DNA from: Azolla caroliniana
Taxonomy: Eukaryota > Plantae > Polypodiophyta
Assembly: GCA_043228905.1 (NCBI GenBank)
Contig: JBHGNT010000008.1
Location: 12,338,001-12,402,000 of the forward strand
Direction: 5' to 3'
Length of the DNA stretch: 64,000 nt
The notes below the pieces were generated by a model. The model had not been told where the DNA came from, ran no database searches, and was given only the letters and a program-made list of their open reading frames with translations. Positions 12,503 through 25,300 of this stretch are shown piece after piece; the stretch's first letter is position 1; every line of letters begins with the position of its first letter. The position numbers and the translations under genes were made by a program.

Positions 12503-15500
12503 CTACATATAGAGAGTGTAAGTCTTTAATCTCTCACTAAAGGAAATAGAAAGGGGTCGGGGGGATTGAAAATGTTCAGTTCATGGTGGTAACTCATACT
12601 GGAGGAATCCTAGCAAAAAGAGATAATGTTACGCGATACAAGAAGTCAAAAACGCAGTACAGTCTATGTTTTAAGTGGCATGAATAAAGAAATTTCAAAT
12701 GCAAAGAAACTGCGGCATCTTTATAATGTGGGTGACTTCCACACCCACAACAAACACCCATCTTTCCAAGTTTTCAGCACGGAAAATACACACAGAGTGC
12801 CACTTTGACACAAATGTCATCAACCATGTCATTAGATGTGGTATTTAAATCGAAACATTAAGCATAGGGTTCTGACAAGTTGTTTCTCTGATACACAAAA
12901 ATACGGACATCAACAAGACTATAATTTTGCCGACTTTGACACCTCTGAGGCCTATATCCATCAATATAACATGAGAGTATATATTTTCCTTTAGATTCTA
13001 CACATTGTAATTTGATTAAAGATACACCTATAATTTCCTGTAAATAAACAATCAGTCAATTTGAGACTTCTGCAAGACTCCCTTGGTAATTAAGCATCTC
13101 CTCCCACATAATTGTATATCCATAAGACCCACATGGAAGAATACACATTATCAAAACTTTTCCAATGTTTCCACCGGAACTTCAAAATGTTATACAAGAT
13201 GACAGAATGGAATCTTATTCGCGATAAACCTATAATTTCCTTTAAATACATAATCAACTGATTTGACACCTCTGCAAGACTCTCTTCTTTGATGAATGAG
13301 TATTTACTATGACTTAATTGTATATCTATATTAGAGACTCACATAAGTGAATCCACATTATCAAACTATTTCTGATGTTTCCAACAGTGACTTTAAAATG
13401 TTATATAAGATGATGGAATGGGAGATTTTTCTAAATCTTGAGCTCTGACAATAGTAAACAAAAGTGCAGTTCAAAGGCAGGAAATGCAAATTTCAGCCAT
13501 GAAGAGTGCCTAAAGACCAAAAACAATGAAACTGAAATTTGTGTTCAAAAACATAATGGACATGTTTGCTAACGTTATCCACTAATTTAATTGCAGACAT
13601 GGGTAGAGCAATCTCTTTATGAATCCTAATCCACTAACTGCTAATTAACTCATAACTGACCTTATGCCAGCCTAGCACAAAAGTTAAATGGAATATTGCT
13701 AGTGAAGGTAGCACGAGGATTAGGGTTTAGGTCAAAAACAGAGAGGGAGAGAGTCTGAGTGAGAGACAAAGGGAGAGAGAGAGAGGCGTCTTGGGTACAA
13801 AAATACCTCTTTTTTGGTTTTTAGATATTATGTATATGCAAGTCAAAAGTGTGCTACGAGTGCGTTCACACTCGTGCACTAATAAAAGCCACAATGGCCC
13901 TTTATTCCCAACAACCTCCCACCTAAAGGCAATGTGCCATGAGAGAGAAAAAAAAAAAAAAGGTCAGCTAAGTCCAAGTATGTACAAAGCTGAACTACAT
14001 ACATCTATCCAACTCCCATCATCTGTAGGCGATGAGCAAATCGCTCAGCTGGAAGACCCTTCGTGAGAAGATCTGCAAGATTATTATTTGTATGTACTTT
14101 GACAACCTCAATGTTCTTGTTGTCAAGTACATCTCTGATGAAGTGATACTTCACCTGTATGTGTTTCGTCTTTGCATGAAAGACGGGATTCCGAGCTAGC
14201 ATGATAGCACTCTGGCTGTCACAATGAAGAATAGGTAACTCTGTAATGCCAAGATCTCTCACTAGATATGAAAGCCATAAAGCCTCTTTGCATGCCTCAG
14301 TGGCAGCAAAATACTCTGCCTCTATAGTAGACAATGCAACACACTTTTGTAGTCTGGAGATCCAAGAGACCGCTCCTCCTGTGAAAGTAAACACATACCC
14401 AGAAGTAGACTTCCTGCAGTCTGCGTGACCAGCATAGTCCGCATTCGTAAAACCAACGACAGATGCCTTTTGCTTTCCAAAGCAAATGCCCAAGTCCTTT
14501 GTGCCTTTGAGGTATCTCATAATACCTTTCACCGCTTCCCAATGCTTTTTGCCGGGATTTGCCATGTACCTACTAACCACTCCCACTGCAAAGGCAATAT
14601 CAGGGCATGTAGCAACCATCGCATATATCAAACTGCCAACGGCTGAAGCATATGGAACCTTGGCCATTTCAGCCTTCTCATCATCAGATGTAGGGCTGTC
14701 TTCTGCACTGAGTTTCAAATATGGAGATAATGGAACCCCAATTGTTTTCCCCCCCTCCACATTGAAACGCTCCAAAACCTTAGAGATATACTCCTGCTGA
14801 GATAGAAAGAGAACCCCTTTCGACCAGTTTCGGAGTATTCGCATGGCAAGGATGTGATTTGCATCACCAAGATCCTTCATATCAAAGCTGCCATGAAGGC
14901 TTTGCTTCAATGAATCCAAGGCATGAATATCCTTGCCAGCAATCAACATATCATCAACATACAAAACCAAGATCATCAGGCTGCCATCTCCTGCCTTCTT
15001 GGTGTACAAGCAGTGGTCCACTTGACTTCTACGAAAACCTTGAGACTGCATAAATGCATCAAATTTATGATACCATTCTCTTGGCGCTTGTTTCAACCCA
15101 TACAAACTCCTTTTGAGCTTACAAACCATCTTCTCTTTGCCTTTAGCCACAAAACCTTCAGGCTGCTGCATATATATGTCTTCATGTAGATCACCATGTA
15201 AAAAGGCGGTCTTTACATCCATCTGTATGAGCTCCATATCTTCAGCTGCAACTAAGCCCAAAATGATTCTTAATGTAGTCATCTTGACTACAGGCGAGAA
15301 GATCTCATCAAAATCAACTCCATATTCCTGCTTGTATCCTTTTGCAACCAATCTTGCTTTGTACTTTGGCAAGGAATCAGAAATGACCTTCATATTATAA
15401 ACCCATTTGCATGGAAGTGTTTTCTGCCCTTTAGGCAACTGCACCAAATCCCAAGTGTCATTTTTCTCAAGAGATTCCATCTCTGACAACATGGCTTTAT

Positions 15501-18500
15501 ACCATTTCTTATTGTCCTGTCTGTCCATTGCTTCCTTGAAGCAAGTCGGTTCGCCACAATCAGTTACCATGACATAATCAGCCACACTGTTTGCATCAGG
15601 AACAAATCTGTCAGGCCTTCTAGTAACTCTAGACGATCTCCTAACCCAATGCTCATTGTTTGGTAGCTGTTGAGCCTGCAAATCATCATTTTCAACTTGC
15701 TGTCCAGGCATTTCAGCCTGCAAATCAGCATTAACAGCTTGCTGTTCTCGCCGTTCCTGCACATTTGGTGGCTCATCATTATTGGCAAAGGCTGGCTGAT
15801 CATTTCCAACCTCATTTTCTGCATTTGCAGGTAAGTTTACAGCAGGTGTTTGCTGCTGTACAGCGGGCACGTTTTTCTGTCTAAACGGTATTTCTTCTCG
15901 GAATACAACCCTCCATACTTCCTCGGTCTTTTCGGGTTGTTTATGCATGCAATTTTCCCGGAAGATAACATCATTGTCACGTACCATTTTTCTTTTCTCG
16001 GGATCCCACAATCTATACCCCATTTCACCGTCGTCACCGTATCCTAGGAAAATACATTTGCAGGACTTTGGCTCAAGTTTGTTGCGTTCTTTACGAATGT
16101 GCACAAAAGCCTCACAGCCAAACACTCTCAAGTGAGCATATGAAGGTGGCTTGCCCGACCATGCTTCTTGGGGTATTCCCCCTCCCAAAGACCTGTTAGG
16201 TGACCAATTAATCAAGTGAACAGCTGTCATAACAGCCTCTGCCCAAAAACCATGGGGTAACGCAGCATGAGACAGCATAGTACGGACCTTATCTTGAATG
16301 GTCCGATTCATACGCTCTGCAACTCTATTTTGGGGTGGATTATAAGGGGCAGTGAGTTCCCTCTTTATCCCTTTGCTGTCACAAAATGCTTGAAAGGCCT
16401 TGGACACATATTCCCCACCATTGTCAGAGCAAAGACACTTAAGTGTCTTATCAATTTGATTCTCAACTAATGCCAAAAATGTTCGAAACTTGTCGAGCAT
16501 TTCATCCTTGCTACGAATAGGGTAAACCCATACCTTCCGTGTAGCATCATCGACAAAAGTGACTAAGTATTTCTTTCCCCCTAATGATAGCCCTGGCATC
16601 TGACATACATCTGAATGTACTAACTCAAGCTGGGACGACTTCAACGAAAGAGACTTTTTATGAGATGTTTGTACATGTTTACCATAAATGCAATGATCAC
16701 AATGTTCAAAATCAGCATAACGAAGACATGGCAAGTAACCCAAACGAGACAATACTTTCATACCAGTTTCACTCATGTGTCACAACCGGTCATGCCACAA
16801 AGAAACACTAGGCTGCTCGGTTATGGCAACAACATGGTCACTCACACTAGATACATGGAGACAATACAAAGTATCACTTTTACTACCCTTGGCAATAACT
16901 CTAGATCCCTTACAAATCTTCCATTTCCCATCACCAAAGGTTGTGTGAAATCCATCATCATCTAGCTGTCCTGTGCTAATCAAGCTCTTCTTGAGCTCAG
17001 GTACATGCTGAAGTGTGAAAGCAGAACCATGCTGAAACTGTAATTGCACAGTACCAATACCTGCAATTTCACATGCATAGTTGTCCCCAAGATGGACAAC
17101 ACCATGTCGAACCCTTGTGTAATCTGAAAACCACTCACGATGAGGGGTGACGTGAAAAGAAGCACCAGAATCGAGTATCCAAGTGTGCATGTCACCATCC
17201 GTATATGCAAGTAAAGCATGTTCTCTATGGCATGATGAAACAAAGAGTACATCATTTCCACTATCACTATCATGAGTGACTACATTCACCTCTTCAATTT
17301 TAGTATTGCCTTTCCTCGGCTGAATGTCTCTCTTTTCTTCTATGAAATCATCTATCTTCTTGCCCTTTTCCTTTCTCTTTCTTCCATTTGAAACAATCAC
17401 GTTTAAAGTGACCATTTTTGCCATAGTGATGACATTCTACATCTTTACCACGTGATTTACTACGGCCATAACTATCAGACTTGCCTCTCTGTTGTGACCT
17501 ACCCCTCATATGCAACGCACTAGAGGACTTATTGGATGCATTGTTTTGCCGACTCATCTCTTCCATGAGTAGAGAACTCTCTACATCGGCATAAAGAAGC
17601 ATCGCTTTTGAATTGCTCATAGCAGTCCAGAAAGTATCCCAACTTTTTGGCAAGGTGCAAAGTAAAAACGTGGCCTTAAACTCATCATCAATGATGAATT
17701 TCAAGGCAACCAGTTGGCTGAAAATGGAATTGAACTCTCAAGTGAGTTGACATGGGTGTACCCTCTGTCATGCGCAAATCCAAAAGTTTCTTAAGCCAAT
17801 AAACTTTGCTAGTTGTTGTCTTCTGGGCATACAGTTCCTCTAGTCTAGTCCATATAGAATAGGCACAGTCCAAACCTTCAATATTAAATAGCAAGGCATC
17901 AGAAATCGACAACTCAATAGTCGAGCGGGCAAGCTTGTTCAACTCTTGCCAATCATCTTCATCCATATCTGTAGGCTTTACCCCTTTTGACTTTAATAGG
18001 CTTTGCATGCTTCTTCTGCAACAGGATGTTGTAGCATTGTTTTTTCCAAACTGCAAAGTTATGTGCACCCTCAAGCTTCTTGATGTGCATAAGGTGGCTA
18101 CTTTCACTACAGCTAGTCATGATTTCTTGGCCCAAACGGAGGACCAAACCTGCACTGCAGAAAACTCTAAACTCTGCTCTACAAAAAACCTTAAACCTTG
18201 CTCTGATACCAGTTTGAAGGCAGCACGAGGATTAGGGTTTAGGTCAAAAACAGAGAGGGAGAGAGTCTGAGTGAGAGACAAAGGGAGAGAGAGAGATGCA
18301 CGCTGTCTTGGGTACAAAGAGTGTACCTCTTTTTTGGTTTTTAGATATTATGTATATACAAGTCAAAAGTGTGCTACAAGTGCGTTCACACTCGTGCACT
18401 AATAAAAGGCACGACGGCCCTTTATTCCCAACAGCTAGCAGCCAAACCTTATAAATAGAGGCATGCACCACACAATTGACTCCGATGTTGTCAGGATATG

Positions 18501-19304
18501 AAACTTCCCGAGCCTAGGGCCCACTGAAAATTGGCTAGAAAGTTCATTGGTCCTTGGCCAAAGCAAGCTAGACATGCAATGTTTTTAAGAGTTCCAAGGA
18601 AAGTAAACATGGTATCTTGCTAGGGCATACCCCTCTTGAAAAAATGCAAGCCACTTTAATCTCATCACACCAATACATGCCAACAGATGATAGTGTGTAA
18701 CCTACCCCTACTTGTGACATCACATGAGTTCTGGTCAAAGATGTTTGCATTAGAATCAGTTAGATAAAATATATTGATAGTTCAGAATTATTATCTGAAT
18801 ACCTGAATATACAATAGTTAAATATCCTATAAATAGGTAGTTCGTTATATGGTTAAGGAATCCGAAGATAGGAAAGATCATATGGCAGAAGTTTGGAAGT
18901 TTGTAGACGTAACTCATACAATATATGTATGAATCTCCTTTGGAACTATAAAATTGTTACCGTACAAGATGTACAGAGAGTTGAGTGTGATGAGCGAGGA
19001 TGGAGAGACTTAATGTTGTTGTATGTATGTGTAATGTATATGATTATGAGTGTGAATGTGATTGTGAGTGTGAGTAGATACATATGTGAACACATGCACA
19101 TGTGTGTGCATGTGGACAATAAGAAGAGGTGTAAGTGAGTGATTAGCATGAATGGCTAAGGGGGCTTGCACCCCTATGTATCTACCCCTCTTGTAACTAT
19201 TTAATCCCCTTATGGGGAATGAATGAATAATGAATAAGTTCTCTCTCAATCTCTCTCTCTTTGTGACGTCTCTCTTTCTCTCTTAAAAGACGTTAATATA
19301 TTTT

Positions 19305-19343
<39 letters not shown>

Positions 19344-22300
19344 CTCTCCCTCCCTTACGTTGAACCCCCATGGCTACACCCCCCACCCCGCAATGCTTCT
19401 CAATGCTCATCACTACCCCATAATATCTACACCATATTCACCATCACCCTATAATGATTAATAACTCCAACACCATCAATCCCACAACGCTTATCAATAT
19501 CCCCATCATAACTCTATTCTACCATTACCATTAACATTATCATAATCCCTAACCCTAAACCAATAACACTTTTTGGCGACCATGTTGGCCTAAGAAGAGA
19601 GTATGTTCCGGAGTTGTGAACAAGGAAGCCAGATATTAGATATTAGTTATTAGATAAATAGAATATTAAGTAGTGACGGATCCGGATGGATGGACCGATC
19701 CGGATCCGCACCCTTTTGCATTTTGACAGCCGGTGTGTGCACTGTTTTGTATCTAGACTGGATGCCTATATAAGGGAACCGGATTGTATGTATCAAGGAG
19801 CGAGTAATATAAGTCTTGTTGTTTTATCTTGTGTACTTGCCGTCTATGCTTGCAATTTCTAATCTTACGCATGTAACCTATAATCGGATATTGTGTATGT
19901 GTTCCAAAAAGTAACCGGATAAGTTTATAAGTGTAATGAAGCATTAATCCATCTCTCTGACCACACCTTTGGAGAAGTATTCCGGAAAGGGATACCTTGT
20001 GTTTGTGCCTGAAGTCCGGCCCAAGATAAACACAATTTTGGCAATCATGATTTCTGCATAGAGCAATGCCGGAGGATGGATATCGTTTAGACAGATGAAC
20101 GAACCAGTAACCGAATGAACGAGAAGACTAGCCGAGAGACTGTGGAGAAGGGAAGCGTACGAGCAAGCGACCGAGGAGATGCGGCAGGATTGGTCTTTTG
20201 CCAGAGTGCTTCGGAGGGTCGCGGAAGAAACAATTCAAATACAGAATCAGCGTCGGTAGGACGAGGAGAGCAGCCTAACGAGCCTCGACGACGCCAAAAC
20301 CATATTGCAAACCCTCGCAACAGGGGCAGGGGATTCGGAAGCATTTTCGGCATTTGAATCGGGGTCGGACAGCAACACGAACGACAAGCGGAGCGTTCAG
20401 TCCCATTACCGATCCAGTCACGGCACTCCGAAGGAGCCGGGGGAGGAAGTTATAGAACAGACACCAACACCAGGGTCTAAAACCAAGACATCAACACCAC
20501 CCGTAGAAGAAGCAAAACCGGTGCAAACACCACCAGCAAAAGAAGTTATACCGGTGAAGAAACCACCAACGACGACCGATTGAGCCGACGAAAAAGACAC
20601 CATGCCATATCCGTATCCGAAGTACAGCGATGAGCTAGACGCACAGGCATGCATCTAGGCCTTCTTGATGACTTGGCAAGCAAATCACATATCACAGCGG
20701 CTTTCGGAGCCGGAAGCAGAAAAATCCAAAATTGCTGAGTTTGGGCTATCGTTAGACGGATAAGCCGCGGGGTGGTATTCACAGCACAACCCAAGAGACT
20801 TTGTTACATTCCAAGACCTGCGGAACAAGTTCTTGCGGTTGTTTCACTGGCAGGTTGCACAAAGAGAATTAATTGAACGATTTTATGCCACTTATTAGGA
20901 GGCGAACGAAACTGTGCCACAGTTCATTATAAGATTTCAGAATCTTCACAGACAGTTAACGCAAGCACTCCCGGAAGATGAGTTAAAGGAAATATTTATG
21001 ACGGCTCTATGGGAGCCACTCGAGACTACACTAGCGGTTTTGGATTTCAAAACAAGCACCATCGACCAGGTCATAGATAGAGTGCTCGACATGGATCGGG
21101 CCCAGAATGGCAATAACATGTTGATGGGAGCACTACAAAGAGTGTTGCCCAAGGAGGAGGACCTGCAGTTCCGACAAGCAATACAATGCACAACCTGCTT
21201 GAACTCGGGCCATTCCAGCTTGGAATGCACCATGCGGACACACTATGCGGTGTGCCACTCACGGGCACATACAATTGAGCGGTGCGAATATAACCTACTT
21301 AATCGACAAGCAACACCGGTACGATAGATAGAGCCCTGCGACGATCTGCAACCAGAAGAAGATTGGTTCCGGTACGGACCAAAGGGAAGATTCCGGTATG
21401 ACGACGTTCGAAGGAGGGAAGAGTATCCACGAGACCGGTATGATCGAGATTACCGGTACAAGATCGGAGGAGAGGAGCGGAGCGGAGGTACCAGAACCGG
21501 CAGGGGTACCACAATCAACGCCAAAATCATAACCACCGATGGGATAACCACAATCGACAAAACGATGGCCGCGACTTTGAACAAGATTACCGACGTGGCT
21601 CAGATGCTAGCAAGACATTGCCAGAGGGCGGAGTAGTGCAACCGGAACAAAGGAGGACAGATGAAATAACACGGACAGTTTCCGGAATGCAACCGGCTGG
21701 GATAGACAAAGGCGAATCAAGTGGATTGAGAAAATTGTATTGTTATTTCTGTAGGCAGGAAAGGCACTATAGCAATCAGTGCCCGGTCAAGGCCAAGGAA
21801 AAACAGCCGGCGGTGAATATGATCATAGCAGAAGTAACTGATGTACAGCAGGTCATGACCCAGTCAAACGAAAAAACCGCGGCATGGGAAGCACAAGAAG
21901 CATTCTGGAAAGCTGCCATGGAATGGGTTGAGAAGGCAAACCAGCGGAATATAGAAGACATGAAGCAAGAGATGCCCGGCGGGCAGCAGACCCCTAGCCG
22001 GATGATGAAACCGGCACATCAGAGGACCCGGCGTGGCAGGCATTGACTCAATGCTAGATTATGTTACCACTAGGCCAGTTATTGCAGCTAGTTCCATGGT
22101 TTACCGAAGACCTAAGGACAGCACTGGCACCACCAAAACCGGCTGTAGCGCCAACATACTTTACAAATCCAAGGAAGGACCGGCCGTCATGGACGAAAAT
22201 AGTTTGGCGGTAACAGTTATTGTCAAGGGTAAGGAAGTACCGGGAACAATCATTAACGGAGGATCCAAAGTAAATGTCATAAGTAAAAGGACGTGTGACA

Positions 22301-25300
22301 AATTGGGAATTCAGGAATGGGAACCATGCCCATTCTGGCTGCGGATGACCAACACCAGCTCAGTCCGGCTGACAAGACTCATTCGGAACCTTGAAATTAC
22401 CATTGGAGGCCATGCGTTCCGAATATCAGACTAGTACACCAACTGAGCGCCCAAGGCATGTATCCCTTGCTGCTCGGAAGACCCTGGTTGCAAACAGCGC
22501 ACATCAAGCTGAATTGGCAAAAAAATGTCATCAGTTTCTGCTGAGTGGAAACCAAGGTCAGGGTGCCGACGCAAGAACGTGCGGCCACAGGCAAGCATCT
22601 CACGCCCTTATACACGGAAGCAATCAATATGCTGGACGGACTAGCCGACGAGGAGGTGGACCAATATTTAGCAGAGAATCCAAGAACCGTTCCACTATTT
22701 GAAATAGACGTGGTGGAAGTAGTCATTCCGTATGTCACCGGCAGGGAGGACGACACCAACGAACCGGATCAGGAAGCTATCCGGGAACTCCGGCAGGCTC
22801 AGGAAGCATTGGAAAGAGAGTTAGCAGTCTCACAGCGAGTACAAGCATCAACGTTGGAGGAGGTGAATTTAGGCATGATCGAGGAGCCGCGGCCGGTAAG
22901 CGTGGCTAAGGAAATGCTACCGGCAGAAAAAGCCGGCGATGGTCTGATTATTGAAAGAATTTAAAGATGTATTCGCCTGGTCCTACGAAGACATGAAGGG
23001 GCTGGACCCGAAGTTCTATCAGCATCAGATCCACCTCAGCAAGGAGGCGAAACTGGTAGCTCAAAGGCATTACCGGATGAACCCCAATTATGCGGTAAGT
23101 GAAGGAGGAAATTGACAAATTGTTGCAAGTTGGCTCCGACCAGTGAAGCAAGCGATTTGGCTCAGCCCGATCGTGGTGATACCCAAAAAGAATGGGAAAA
23201 TTCAGGTTTGTGTGGACTACCGGAAATTGAATGTGGCCACAGTTACCGATGCTTTCCCACTTCCATTCACGGATGGTGTGCTGGATGCGATGGCCGGACA
23301 TGAGATCTATAGTTTTTTAGACAGTTTCAGCGGTTACAATCAAATAAGAATCCACCCAGATGGCCAAGAAAAGACGACGTTCCTCACGGAATGGGGAGTT
23401 TTTGTCGCTCTAGTGATGATGTTCAGATTAAAGACCACGCCGACGACATTTCAACGGATCATTATAGAAATCTTTGGCGAATACATTCCGGCATTCATGC
23501 AAGTTTTTCTAGACGATTTTGTCGTGTACCGCTGGAAGACGGAGCACTTGGATCACCTCCAGATGTGTTTGGAAAAGTGTCGAAACGCAAGGTTAAGTTT
23601 GAATCCGGCAAAATGTGCATTCGGAGTTACTAGCGAAGCGTTGCTCGGGCATATTGTGAGTAAGGAAGGCATAGCCATTGATCCAAATAAGGTGAAAGCA
23701 ATTCTGGAGGCACCAGCACCAACAAACGTGAAAGCATTGAACCGGTTTCTCGGCCAAATCCGGTGGCATAGTTGGATGCTCCGGTATCTGGCAGATTTTG
23801 CAACACCATTACATGCCACGATGCACTGGTTACCATTCCAATGGACGGAGCAAGATGACAAGGCGTATCAGGCCTTAAAAGTAATGGTATCCCAGGCCCC
23901 AGTGGTACAACCGCCAGACTAGACAAAGGACTTCCATGTTTTTGTAGATGCGTCGAATATTGCAATCGACAGCATACTAATGCAGCTGATGGAGCCAAAA
24001 TGGTACCAGCCGGTATACTACGTAAGCCGGAAACTCTCCAAGGCAAAGAGGAATTACTCGACAACAGAACGGGAAGCATTGGGGATGGTCTATAGCGTCA
24101 CAAAGTATCAGCACTATTTGATGGGCCAGAAATTTTCATTTGACGTAGATCACTCGGCCTTAATATATCTGGTCTCCAAAGCTTCCCTAACAGGGAAACT
24201 CGTCAAATGGACCTTACTTCTGCAAGAGTTCGAGTTTGACATCTATCACAGACCCGGAGTGTGGCACGCAGTGGCAGATTATCTAAGCCAGTTGGAGTCC
24301 AGCGAATCAGGTGACGGTGTTTGGGAAAATTTTCCGGATGCTCAGTTGTTCAAAGTCACTACGGTGGATGTGGCAGATGTGTCGGTATTGACCGAGGACA
24401 AGTGGATGACGGACATGCAACAATTCCTAAGTAGTGGACTACCACCGGAGGAAATGAATTGGGATGAACGAAAGCAATTCACGGTCCAGAGCCAACACTT
24501 CTATTTGATACAAGACACGTTGTATCACAAAGGAGCAAATGGAATATGGTGACGAGCTGTTCGAAGTAATGAGAAGGATGTGGTATTATGGGAAGCCCAT
24601 TGCGGAGTAGCCGACGGACATTATGCCAGAGATGCTACGGCCCCAGAAGATTTGGCAGAGCGGCTTGTGGTGACCAACTACCTTGAAAGATTCGATCCGG
24701 TACTGCCGTGAATGTGATTTATGCCAAAGACTAGGCCAACCCATAGAGCAGGCGTGGATGCCCCATCAGCCGGTATTACCACTGGAACCATTCCAAAAGT
24801 GGGGATTGGATTTCGTTGGACCCTTCAAGCCGGCAACAACACGAACCGGGAATAGATACATCATTGTTGCTGCGGATTATTGTACAAAATGGGTGGAAGC
24901 AAAATCATTACGTGACAATTCCACGGCATCGACGGCGAAATTGCTTTACGAATGTATCTGGTGGCGATTCGGATGCCCGATTGAATTAATCAGCAACCAA
25001 GGAGGGCACTTCATCGGCCAAGTAGTAGAGAGCTTGACACTATTTTATGCCGTAGTCCATAAGAAAAGCACATCGTACTACCCACAAGCAAACGGATTGG
25101 TGGAATCAACAAATAAAACGTTGCAGACAATCCTGTAAAAGTTCGTGAACGAAAACAGGACGGATTGGGATACGAAACTTCACAGCGCACTTTGGGCGTA
25201 CCGGATGACATATAAGACAAGCATCCGGTCGACAACATTCCGGCTGGCTTTCGGATTAGAGGCGGTAATGCCGATGGAATTTCAAATTCCGAGTTTGTGT

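Noticed and set aside
19547-19560. Telomere-like CCCTAACCCTAAAC
   Set aside because: Only two units; not an interstitial telomeric array.
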